From Candidatus Thorarchaeota archaeon (GTDB lineage: Archaea > Asgardarchaeota > Thorarchaeia > Thorarchaeales > Thorarchaeaceae): a stretch of 31,221 nucleotides of DNA. The translations under genes and the position numbers were made by a program. Below the pieces are notes generated by a model. It saw nothing but the letters and a program-made list of their open reading frames with translations. It had not been told where the DNA came from and searched no databases. The DNA is taken from contig JAOUFI010000023.1 in assembly GCA_029858305.1 (NCBI GenBank), positions 1 through 31,221 on the forward strand, given 5' to 3'. Positions 16,118 to 25,210 of the stretch are shown one piece after another. Within the stretch, counting starts at the first letter, position 1; each line of letters begins with the position of its first letter.

Positions 16118-17002
16118 CTACTGGGGGATTCCACCGGTTAAACCTAGGAACACTTCCTCAAGATTTCGGGCATTTTTATGATTACTCAAAAGAGTATCAA
16201 GAGTTCCGCGACCAACTGCCTCACCTTCATTCATAATGACAAACCTGTTACAGAGTTCTGATGCCACCTCTAGGATGTGTGTTGATATTAAAATGGCAGA
16301 ACCCTCGTCTCTTAGACGTTTTAACAATGCCTTGAGATTCCACGCTCCCCGCGGATCCAGTCCGTAAATGGGTTCATCAAGTGCTAGAACATATGGTGGA
16401 TTTCTTACAAAAATACCAACTAGGAGGACTCGTTGGAGATTTCCCTTGGATAATGTACCTATGTACGAATCTAGAAATTCGTCAAGTTGGAATACATCAA
16501 CGAAATACCTCATTCGAACAAGAGCAATTTCGGTAGGTAAATCATAGATTCTTGCCATGAACATGACATACTCCCGGGCGGTAAGACTTGGATAGCATGT
16601 GGGTTTTTCAGGGATATATCCGATGCTGTGCTTTGCGCGCAGAGTTTCTTTAAACATATCGAAACCATTGACCTTAACCGTGCCTTTAGTGGGTTTTATG
16701 ATACCTGTAAGCACGCGAAGTGTGGTTGTTTTCCCAGCACCATTGGGACCTACAAGACCTACAATTTCTCCTGGATTGACTTTTAGCTCGAAATCCCGTA
16801 CTGCAACCTTTGAACCAAAACGCTTTTCCAAATGTTCGATTTGAATTGCAGGCGAATGAAGTTTTGGCGTTGGAATCTTCTCTGGTTCTCGTCGCTCGAA
16901 CTCAATCACAATCTCATCGATGAGCCAGCTTCGTTTGATTGCCCGCGTTTCAATGGGTATCTTAAGTACTCTTGCCAAACGGAGCAATTCATTGCTCTTC
17001 AT
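16118..17002 (-). CDS. ABC transporter ATP-binding protein with N-terminal helical extension
   Basis: Walker A GPNGAGKTT, signature LSKGN, Walker B LALDEP, ISTH switch. The start may be further upstream at ATA 17035. Confidence 0.92.
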   Translation of the reverse strand: MKSNELLRLARVLKIPIETRAIKRSWLIDEIVIEFERREPEKIPTPKLHSPAIQIEHLEKRFGSKVAVRDFELKVNPGEIVGLVGPNGAGKTTTLRVLTGIIKPTKGTVKVNGFDMFKETLRAKHSIGYIPEKPTCYPSLTAREYVMFMARIYDLPTEIALVRMRYFVDVFQLDEFLDSYIGTLSKGNLQRVLLVGIFVRNPPYVLALDEPIYGLDPRGAWNLKALLKRLRDEGSAILISTHILEVASELCNRFVIMNEGEAVGRGTLDTLLSNHKNARNLEEVFLGLTGGIPQ

Positions 17003-17122
17003 CCGCGTTATATCTTCGCGTTCAATCGCGTTTATGTTCGCTCCCGCCTTTCAGTCAGATTGCCAATCTGTTTGATGCATTTTCAACAATAATAAGTCAA
17101 TGGTTCAAGTACGGATGTACTA

Positions 17123-17890
17123 TCAATTCTTGAAATTCAAAGGGCCTCGGATAAAGGGAATGCGTCTTTGCAGATGAAGGTTCCAATTGATAACTCTAGT
17201 TACAATGGGGATGATATCAACTCCAGAGTCATGGGCAGCTCGAAGTGCGCTACCAAAATCTGGATCATTCCCATCATGGGGAGCGAAACTCATCGCATCA
17301 TGTCGCTGGACGACAAATATTACAGCAGCTTTAGTTGCGACACCATCTTCTAAAGCTCTGACAAGATCCTTCATGTGTCTTGTGCCTCGGAGCGTTGGAG
17401 CATCAGGAAAGAGAGCTTGGCCATCTTCCACAAGTGTACAAGATTTGACCTCAATTAATGTAGTATTATCTTCACCCTCCAAACGAAAATCAAACCGTCC
17501 TTGAAAGTGACGGGGTTCAGGGATTACCTTTTCATAAGGCGAAAAAAATGGAAGGGAATGTTTCTCAAGAAGACTCCGGACAAATCGATTGGGAAGATTG
17601 CTATCAATTGACACTTGAATCCCATCGTGAAGGACGCCAATCATATCATACTCAGTTCTTCTATGTTCAGCTGAATTCTCACGTAAATAAATCACCTTAC
17701 CAGGGACCATAAATTCAAGCATTCTACCGGGATTAGGCACAAACGATTCCACAATTCTACCCTTAATGTCAACTTTCGCGAGAAATCTATTGGGCCTTTC
17801 AATGAATTTTCCTTTCAATATATTTCCTTGGCTAGACACCTGTTTGGAACTCCTTCTCCGCTTTGAAATCATTGTAAAATTAATATTCAT
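17123..17890 (-). CDS. sfsA: SfsA (sugar fermentation stimulation) family nuclease-fold protein
   Basis: RPNRF, PNPGRM, RFDF, IEVKSCTL, FPDAPTLRGTRH, F.P....DPDF motifs. Confidence 0.93.
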   Translation of the reverse strand: MNINFTMISKRRRSSKQVSSQGNILKGKFIERPNRFLAKVDIKGRIVESFVPNPGRMLEFMVPGKVIYLRENSAEHRRTEYDMIGVLHDGIQVSIDSNLPNRFVRSLLEKHSLPFFSPYEKVIPEPRHFQGRFDFRLEGEDNTTLIEVKSCTLVEDGQALFPDAPTLRGTRHMKDLVRALEDGVATKAAVIFVVQRHDAMSFAPHDGNDPDFGSALRAAHDSGVDIIPIVTRVINWNLHLQRRIPFIRGPLNFKN

Positions 17891-17973
17891 CGACTTCTAG
17901 TCGCGGGTTATACAACGCGAAAACCTATGTACTGCCCAGTGAATATTATGCAACTTCTTGGGAGTGCAGGCAA

Positions 17974-18597
17974 ATGAAAGTTCGCGTGCTATTTGTTGAT
18001 GACAATGCGGAGCTTCTGGATATTGCCAGAATTCTCTTCCAGCAAACAGATCCAAATCTCGAATTGGTAGTAGCACTATCTGTTAAAGATGCCCTTGGGA
18101 TCATGGAAAAGGAAGAGTTCGATATTATCATTTCAGACTATCTTATGCCTGATGCGACTGGTCTCGATTTCTTGGAAGCCCTTCGCTGTGCAGGCGATGA
18201 GATTGGTTTTATCATGTGGACAGGACACTCACGGGAAGAGGTTGTAATAAAGGCCCTGAATCTGGGTGCTGATTATTATGTGCTTAAGGGAACAGACATA
18301 CGGGAGCAATTCAAAGCAATTCATGACATTATCGGAAAAGTCATCGATGCAAAGTACCAATTGAAAGAGCAGATTGCACCAAAAGGAATACCATCAAATG
18401 TTGCAAGTGAGTTCATCCACAGGTTATCACATGACTTAACGGGAATCCTGCAGAACATTATGGGGTATACAACACTTTTAGAGGAAGATTTTAACAAGTC
18501 CTACATCCAAGGAATTGTGAGAATGGTAGCCAAGCTATCAGATCGCGTAAAGGAAGCGGTTATGGAAATAGACGAAGAAAGACTCATTCTGAAGTAG
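17974..18597 (+). CDS. Response regulator receiver fused to a HisKA/DHp-like helical hairpin (no ATPase domain)
   Basis: REC: LFVDDN, ISDYLMPDATG, WTG, YVLKG; C-terminal FIHRLSHDLTGILQNIMGYTTLL is an H box; the protein ends about 40 aa later. Confidence 0.85.
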   Translation: MKVRVLFVDDNAELLDIARILFQQTDPNLELVVALSVKDALGIMEKEEFDIIISDYLMPDATGLDFLEALRCAGDEIGFIMWTGHSREEVVIKALNLGADYYVLKGTDIREQFKAIHDIIGKVIDAKYQLKEQIAPKGIPSNVASEFIHRLSHDLTGILQNIMGYTTLLEEDFNKSYIQGIVRMVAKLSDRVKEAVMEIDEERLILK

Positions 18598-18605
18598 ATT
18601 GATTA

Positions 18606-19706
18606 CTACATGAACTCGGTCAAACATAATTGCTCAGACACATCACTCAGTCCAGAAACCTTCACACCTACTAATCTGATTGGTTTGAGTGAATTTCTCT
18701 TTTGATCAAAAATCTCCAGAGCCAATCTTTCAAGCAGTTTTGTATCATTGGTTTCAACTGGGATACTTCGACTTCTCTGGATTGTTGTAAAATCATTGTA
18801 TCGTATTTTCACTGTAACAGTTCTAAATCTCAACGCTTTCTTGATTAATTTATCACCAATTCGTGAACACATGTTTTTCAGAGATTCATGGATGTACACA
18901 ATAGCATCAGGTCTAATGTCTTCAAAAAATGTCATGTCTTTGCTAATAGATTTTCTAACCCTTGCCCCATTATCTATAAGAGGTCTATCATCAATCCCAA
19001 GGGCTCTATTGTGCAACCAGACTGATCCTCTACCCATAACAGGCCAGAGTTCTGGAAGTGTCATCGTTTGTATCTGTCCAAGCGTTTCGATTCCGAATTT
19101 ATGCAACCAGTCCGCTGTCTTCTTTCCAACTCCATTGAGTGCATCAACAGGAAGTGGTGCTAGGAAGCTTTCAACATCTGACTGGGTGGGACCTACTAAA
19201 GTGATGCCACGTGGTTTATTCATGCCTGTGGCAATTTTTGCAACAGACATGTTAGGCGCAATACCAATTGAACAAGGAAGGGATGTACGCATCCGTATTG
19301 ATTCTTGTATCTCTATGGCTAGTTCTCTAGGGCTGTCATATGACAGGCAAGTCTGAGAAACCTCAATGTATGCCTCATCAATACTAGCTCTTCTCACACG
19401 TCCATCATCAGCAAAATCTCTTAGAACCTCCATAAACTCATCAGATGCTGCAACATAGCTTTCAAACGAGCCTTCGACAAATGCGGCATTTGGACATAGT
19501 CTGTAAGCTTGTGAAACAGGCATCCCAGCATGAATACCTTTGGCACGAGCTTCATATGATGCAGCTCGTACAACACCTCTTCCATTGCCACCTTTTGGAT
19601 CATGACCTACACAAACAGGACGTCCGATAAGCTCTGGATGATTTCTATACTGCTCTACACTAGCAAAGAAAGCATCTAGATCGATGTGCATTATCCAACG
19701 TGACAT
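18606..19706 (-). CDS. dinB: Y-family DNA polymerase IV (DinB/Dpo4)
   Basis: HIDLDAFFASVE, ASYEARAKG, SIDEAY, KPRG, GVGKKT, little-finger IRLVGV; C-terminal QLCLTEFM clamp-binding motif. Confidence 0.95.
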   Translation of the reverse strand: MSRWIMHIDLDAFFASVEQYRNHPELIGRPVCVGHDPKGGNGRGVVRAASYEARAKGIHAGMPVSQAYRLCPNAAFVEGSFESYVAASDEFMEVLRDFADDGRVRRASIDEAYIEVSQTCLSYDSPRELAIEIQESIRMRTSLPCSIGIAPNMSVAKIATGMNKPRGITLVGPTQSDVESFLAPLPVDALNGVGKKTADWLHKFGIETLGQIQTMTLPELWPVMGRGSVWLHNRALGIDDRPLIDNGARVRKSISKDMTFFEDIRPDAIVYIHESLKNMCSRIGDKLIKKALRFRTVTVKIRYNDFTTIQRSRSIPVETNDTKLLERLALEIFDQKRNSLKPIRLVGVKVSGLSDVSEQLCLTEFM

Positions 19707-19865
19707 ATCGGTCGCCTGATTACATCAACTAGATAGCATTAGCAGTTGCTGAGATACAGAGTATATTGAATAGTATCGCTAATGCCCGGAGAGATAGCCG
19801 AACATATTACGTAGATTGAGTGATGAAATGACTACATCGTAGAGAATTCTATATGTGTTGCATTA

Positions 19866-22202
19866 ATGCATAATGAAAAAGCAATCAAAGTTATACGAGA
19901 GCAGAACAGGAATATGGCCGAAAAATCGGGAAATGGTTCTGAGAATGAATCATCTCATAAAGAAGAAGCAATCCGATACAGGGCATTAGTAGAATCCATG
20001 AATGATGGATTTGGTATTGTCAATAATGAAGGCATCTTCACATATGTCAATCCTCGTTTTGCTAAAATGCTTGAATACCTTCCTGAAGAGATGATTGGCA
20101 AGGCTCTGACCGATTTCCTCGATGATGCAAATAAGAAAATACTTCGTGAGAATATTCGACAGCGGACAAAGGGGCAGGCAACGCAATATGAGATGGAATG
20201 GATCAAGAGCTCAGGAGAAGGAGTATTCACTATTGTTTCTGGAGCGCCCCTTATGAATGGAGATGGCAAGCACAAAGGATCATTTGCAGTCATAACTGAT
20301 ATTTCAGAGCTGAAAGAATCACGTGAAGCACTTGAAGAAAGTGCAGAAATGATGAGGCGAATTTTCGAAGATTCACAAGTAGGACTTGAACTCTTCGATT
20401 CTGAAGGTATTTTGATTGCAGCAAATCAGGCGGCCCTAGACATTGGAGGTGTTTCAAGAATTGAAGAACTTCTTGGATTTAGTCTCTTTGATGATCCCAA
20501 TGTCCCTTCGGAGATCAAAGCTAAACTGATTCGTGGAGAACCTGTAAGATACCAAGTAACTTTTGATTTTGATAAAGTTAGAGAGAAGAAGCTATACGAT
20601 ACAAAACGTTCAGGTACAATGGTTGTTGATGCGTGGGTTACACCTTTAGGACTTGAGAAAGGTGGTGCACTCAAAGGGTATTTGGGACAAATCACGGAGA
20701 AAACAGAACATCTTGCTACAGAAGCTGCGCTTCAAGACAGTGAAAAACGATATCAGCTACTTGCAGAGAATGTTACCGATGTCATCTTCACGACCGACCT
20801 TGAGTTAAATCTCACGTATGTGAGCACATCAGTTGGACTATTACTTGGGTATACTGCTGAAGAATTATTAGGAAAATCCATGATTGAACTGATGACTGCG
20901 GATTCGGTCTGGGCTGCCATAGGAACAATGGCTGAAGCACTTGAGCATGAGAAGAAGTCAGACCAAATTCAACATCATGGAGAGTCGCCGCCTATTGAGT
21001 TAAAACTGAAGCACATGAATGGGTCAATAATTTGGACTGAAGTTGCTCGTACCTTCTTGCGAGATGAAAATGGTAAACCAATTGGTGTATTGGGTGTTGC
21101 CAGAAATATTGAGGAACGAAAGGAAGCGGAAGAAGCCCTGAAAGCATCAGAACTAAAATACAGGACTCTCATTGATCAGTCATTTCAAGGAAGTGTAATC
21201 ATTCAACCTCTGCCATTAGCTGTTAAATTCACCAATCCTGCCTTTGCAGGTTTTCTTGGCTTAGAAGTCAATGAAGTGCTTGCTCTTAGTCCACGAAACA
21301 TTCAGAATATTATCCATCCAGATGATTGGGATAAACTCACCAATCGACTTCAGGACCTGATGGCGGGAGAGCCGCCTCGGAGTAATCCGTTAATCATGCG
21401 AGTCTTTCACAAGGATGGGAGCCTTCAACACTTAGAGGTGTTCGGAAGACGTGTAGAGTTTGAGGGAGATCCAGCACTTCAAGTAGTGGCAATGAATTTT
21501 ACTGAACGGATTAATGCGGATAAACATATACGAACACAGAAAGAACGGGCAATGCTCTACCTTGATTTAATGTCCCATGATTTCAGAAATCAATTACAGG
21601 TTATTCTCGGGAGTACAATGGTCTTAGAGGAAAAACTGCGGGATCCGAACGACAGAAGATTACTTGGACAGATCGTTTCAGCGGTTGAACGATGCCAGAG
21701 TATGATTTCTAAGGTGAAGGTGACAGAGCCACTCATGTCTGTGCCACTTCATCCTAGAAGGCTTGATCCTACTATTGAGGAAATTGTGGAGTTACAGAGA
21801 AAGCAACACGAGGGTGTAGAAATAGACCTTGCTATAAAGAGCAAGGGTGCGATCGTTGAGGCAGATGAATTCCTAGAACAGCTGCTGACGAATCTGATCG
21901 AGAATGCAGTTGAGCACAATCCCAATCCCGAGAAGAAAGTCTGGGTCACTCTATTCAAGAGCGGCGATGGCTTTGAGATTTCAGTTTCCGATAATGGGCA
22001 TGGATTATCAGAAGCCCTAAAGATAGCTATCTTTGATGTAACGAGAAGATATGGAGGAGTAGGTCTTCTACAATCAAAGCAAATTTGTGACAAATATGGT
22101 GGACGTATCGCAGTCCGAGATAGAGTGCAAGGACAGCCTGGAGAGGGTGCAGAGTTCTCTATATGGCTACCAAAGGCGAAAAATTCGGAAAATGGCTCAT
22201 AG
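19866..22202 (+). CDS. Soluble multi-PAS (4x) histidine kinase
   Basis: Four PAS/PAC units; H box LMSHDFRNQL, N box NLIENA, G1 DNGHG, G2 GVGL; no TM. The start may be MAEKSG. Confidence 0.92.
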   Translation: MHNEKAIKVIREQNRNMAEKSGNGSENESSHKEEAIRYRALVESMNDGFGIVNNEGIFTYVNPRFAKMLEYLPEEMIGKALTDFLDDANKKILRENIRQRTKGQATQYEMEWIKSSGEGVFTIVSGAPLMNGDGKHKGSFAVITDISELKESREALEESAEMMRRIFEDSQVGLELFDSEGILIAANQAALDIGGVSRIEELLGFSLFDDPNVPSEIKAKLIRGEPVRYQVTFDFDKVREKKLYDTKRSGTMVVDAWVTPLGLEKGGALKGYLGQITEKTEHLATEAALQDSEKRYQLLAENVTDVIFTTDLELNLTYVSTSVGLLLGYTAEELLGKSMIELMTADSVWAAIGTMAEALEHEKKSDQIQHHGESPPIELKLKHMNGSIIWTEVARTFLRDENGKPIGVLGVARNIEERKEAEEALKASELKYRTLIDQSFQGSVIIQPLPLAVKFTNPAFAGFLGLEVNEVLALSPRNIQNIIHPDDWDKLTNRLQDLMAGEPPRSNPLIMRVFHKDGSLQHLEVFGRRVEFEGDPALQVVAMNFTERINADKHIRTQKERAMLYLDLMSHDFRNQLQVILGSTMVLEEKLRDPNDRRLLGQIVSAVERCQSMISKVKVTEPLMSVPLHPRRLDPTIEEIVELQRKQHEGVEIDLAIKSKGAIVEADEFLEQLLTNLIENAVEHNPNPEKKVWVTLFKSGDGFEISVSDNGHGLSEALKIAIFDVTRRYGGVGLLQSKQICDKYGGRIAVRDRVQGQPGEGAEFSIWLPKAKNSENGS

Positions 22203-23144
22203 AAGAGTATTGAAGAACTTCGTCAGATCTATATTCCCACCGCTGATCATTACACCGATTTTTTTATGCTTAACTTTGTCTTTTAGTTTAAGCAATCCCG
22301 CTAAAGAAACCGCACCTGACGGTTCAACGACAAGTTTCATTCGTTCCCAAATGAATTTCATTGCATGAACAATCTCTTCTTCAGTGACAGTTATAATATC
22401 ATCCACATATTCTTGAATAATCCTGAATGTGAGCTCTCCTAATTGAGTTCGAAGACCATCTGCAATCGTGTTTGGATTAAGACTGGGGAATATCTTGCCT
22501 GCCTTGAAAGAACGAAAAGCATCATCAGCATTTGCAGGTTCAACTGCTATCACTTTTGAATCGTGACAGAGTCCCTTAGTGGCAATTGAGGTTCCACTCA
22601 GGAATCCTCCGCCGCCAACTGGAGCGAATACATAATCTAATGGACCCGCCTCTTCAATGAGTTCAAGAGCTGCAGTGCCAGCGCCTGCTATTATTCTTGA
22701 ATCATTATAAGGATGAACGAGCGTGAAATCGTTCTGTTTGATTAGTAAATCACAGACAGCAACTCTGCTCTCAGTAGTATTTTCACAAAAGACAATCTCT
22801 GCCCCATAGCCGCGTGTCGCCTCAATTTTCACTTGTGGAGAGTTCTTTGGCATGACAATAGTCGCCTTTACTCCAAGAATCGAAGCGGCTAAAGCAAGGG
22901 CTTGCGCGTGATTGCCAGAAGAGTGGGTGATGACACCTTTCCTACGTTCCTCTGAGCTCAACTGGCTAACAGTGTTGAAGGCGCCTCTGAATTTGAAGGC
23001 ACCAGCTCTTTGGAAATTTTCACACTTGAAGAAGACTTCGCCTTCTATTATTGTATCGAGGGTCGTTGATGTCATGACAGGTGTCTTCAATGCAACATCC
23101 TGAATTCTTACTCTGGCATCAAGGACATCTTGAAGAACGACCAT
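22197..23144 (-). CDS. PLP-dependent serine racemase / Ser-Thr dehydratase-like enzyme (fold type II)
   Basis: KCENFQRAGAFKFRGA (PLP Lys), HSSGNH, PVGGGG, EPANADD metal site, TIADG, ISGGN; no ACT domain. Confidence 0.88.
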   Translation of the reverse strand: MVVLQDVLDARVRIQDVALKTPVMTSTTLDTIIEGEVFFKCENFQRAGAFKFRGAFNTVSQLSSEERRKGVITHSSGNHAQALALAASILGVKATIVMPKNSPQVKIEATRGYGAEIVFCENTTESRVAVCDLLIKQNDFTLVHPYNDSRIIAGAGTAALELIEEAGPLDYVFAPVGGGGFLSGTSIATKGLCHDSKVIAVEPANADDAFRSFKAGKIFPSLNPNTIADGLRTQLGELTFRIIQEYVDDIITVTEEEIVHAMKFIWERMKLVVEPSGAVSLAGLLKLKDKVKHKKIGVMISGGNIDLTKFFNTLL

Positions 23145-23235
23145 AACTCAGTCACAATTTGAAGTACTGAAAAGCATTGCTTCGGAGATGCTTATTAGTC
23201 AGAAATCTATAACACTGGGCCTTGTTCATTGATTA

Positions 23236-24006
23236 ATGGATACGGTTTGTGAAAATATGACTGAGAAGTACCTGAAATCAATCATTGATTACGTAAGATT
23301 GCTCGCGATTATTGGTATCCTAATCCTTGTAAGTGCATTTATCGTGACCGGAGATACAATTCCCTGGTTTCTCTCATCATCAATTGCTATAGCAATATTG
23401 GCGTTCGTGAATTTTATAGATCTTTATCAAGAAAATAACAAGGAATGGAAGACATACGCATTATTACTCCTCTTAGCTATGCTCTGTGGCACCTTCGGCG
23501 ATTTCTTAATGGCTGGAATAATCTATATCACTCCTGAACGGCTAATCAATGGCATCCTACTGTTTGGAATCGGGCACGTATTCTACCTTCTAGGTCTGAG
23601 GAATCGGTCGCCCCTCCTTATTCAGAAGAGAGAGAATAATGGCAATCAAATAATTAGTAGAAACTTGGTCGTATGGATACTATCAGTTATTGTTATCTTG
23701 GTAATCTTCTACCTAACAGTCTTCAATCCCACGATGCTAGAGATGAGTATCGGTGCGTTGGGATATGGAATTATACTCGTGACAGTACTAGCCTTTTCAA
23801 TAACAAAATGGCTTGATCGATTAACATTATCATATCGACTTGCAATTATCCTAGGATTCCTACTATTCCTGTTTTCGGACTGGCTATTGGCATATCAGTA
23901 CTTTACTGATCCAACGTTTCTATCAGGTCCTTATGTAGGGATCACCTATGCGTTTGGTCAACTCTTGATACAATTAACGACGTATCTTGGATCGAGAGGG
24001 ATATAA
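23236..24006 (+). CDS. YhhN/TMEM86 lysoplasmalogenase-family membrane protein
   Basis: GDFL, G..LFGIGHVFY, Y...L, GFLLFLFSDWLLA and TYAFGQLLI motifs; about 8 TMs. Confidence 0.85.
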   Translation: MDTVCENMTEKYLKSIIDYVRLLAIIGILILVSAFIVTGDTIPWFLSSSIAIAILAFVNFIDLYQENNKEWKTYALLLLLAMLCGTFGDFLMAGIIYITPERLINGILLFGIGHVFYLLGLRNRSPLLIQKRENNGNQIISRNLVVWILSVIVILVIFYLTVFNPTMLEMSIGALGYGIILVTVLAFSITKWLDRLTLSYRLAIILGFLLFLFSDWLLAYQYFTDPTFLSGPYVGITYAFGQLLIQLTTYLGSRGI

Positions 24007-24039
24007 TAACAATATTATCAATCTCCGGAAAGTGGTATA

Positions 24040-24531
24040 ATGAGAGGGATTCGAAGGAAAGAGAAATCTATAGAATCAGAGGAAGAGATGTTTGCAGTTA
24101 TAGAGAAGGCAAAATATGTGACCATTGCAATGTGTCAAGACAACGAACCATATCTTGTAACACTAAGTCACGGACTTGATCGAAACAAACGCTGCATCTA
24201 TTTCCATTGTGCACAAGAAGGAAAGAAAATCGATATCCTTCGTGTTAACAATACTGTATGGGGACAGGCAATAAACGATGGCGGTTATATTGATGGTTCT
24301 TGTGACCATCTATTTGTTACTACTCAATTCAAGGGTACTGTCACATTCATCAAGAACATTAAAGAAAAAGAACAGGCACTCCGAGTCATGATTCACCATC
24401 TTGAACAATATCCGGAGAAAGTGATTGCAGCTCAAATAACTCCAAAGTCACTGAAACGTGTTAACATTGGACGTATTGACATCCATTTCTTAAGTGGTAA
24501 GAAATCCAAAGAAGTCATCATTTCGATTTAG
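24040..24531 (+). CDS. Pyridoxamine-5'-phosphate oxidase-like (NimA-type) flavin-binding protein
   Basis: RRKEK, PYLVTLSHG, IYFHCAQEGKKIDIL, C-terminal LSGKK. Confidence 0.85.
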   Translation: MRGIRRKEKSIESEEEMFAVIEKAKYVTIAMCQDNEPYLVTLSHGLDRNKRCIYFHCAQEGKKIDILRVNNTVWGQAINDGGYIDGSCDHLFVTTQFKGTVTFIKNIKEKEQALRVMIHHLEQYPEKVIAAQITPKSLKRVNIGRIDIHFLSGKKSKEVIISI

Positions 24532-24928
24532 TGTGAGCAGCCTCTAAAAGGATACTGTGAGCCTCAGAGGTTCTATCATACGGGACAAAGAGATGATCAT
24601 GATGATACGCCGAAACCACATTCACACTTAGCCGGGCTCTTGCAAGAACTTGCGTTATTTCAGCTAGAAAGCCAATAGCAGAGAGGTTGGAATGAACTGA
24701 GAGCGTAATCAGTCCCCAAGTATCCTCATATAGGAGAGAATGAGCATCAGCAATATCCTTCTGTACTATGACTGTAATCGCCTCTTTTTCTCGAAATATC
24801 AAAATCGCTATATCTGAGAGTTCCTTGAGAATCTCCTCACTAACTGCTACAAAGACATATTCGCCTGAAACAATCTCAGGAGCCAGATTCTCGAGTAGGA
24901 ATTCTAAATTCTTCGACCCGCTCATCAT
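24518..24928 (-). CDS. Tandem ACT-domain protein (DUF2241/ACT_7, CASTOR-related fold)
   Basis: GEYVF, FREKEAITVI, ITLSVHSNLSAIGF, SVNVVSAYHHDHLFVP. Confidence 0.88.
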   Translation of the reverse strand: MMSGSKNLEFLLENLAPEIVSGEYVFVAVSEEILKELSDIAILIFREKEAITVIVQKDIADAHSLLYEDTWGLITLSVHSNLSAIGFLAEITQVLARARLSVNVVSAYHHDHLFVPYDRTSEAHSILLEAAHTKSK

Positions 24929-25210
24929 TCATCACTTGGTCATATTGCCATTCTTCTCCAATGACATTAGCTCTTTCAAATATACACTAATGCTTGTTCG
25001 TTCTTGATCTCCGTCCTTAACTGATACTGCATTTATTACACGTAAGTTTTTTGGAATACAAAGAATTTCCCTAATTCTTCAGTGAAATCCAATATATTTC
25101 ATATAGAGATTCAATCAGCATAATGTAATCTATGAGACTCTATTCAATCAGATAGCACTAATCACAAACCTAAAAGCCTCAATGAAAATTCGAACTTTGC
25201 AATACGACTT

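Noticed and set aside
18748-19356. 202-aa plus-strand ORF inside dinB, and similar antisense ORFs (2247..2489, 7866..8213, 10698..11024, 25468..25938, 28894..29250)
   Set aside because: Fully nested in well-supported genes on the opposite strand, with no recognisable motifs.
17123-19706. sfsA-dinB as a defence or mobile mutagenesis cassette
   Set aside because: The genes are separated by an opposite-strand regulator; no integrase, transposase, terminal repeats or evident compositional shift; both are common chromosomal genes.
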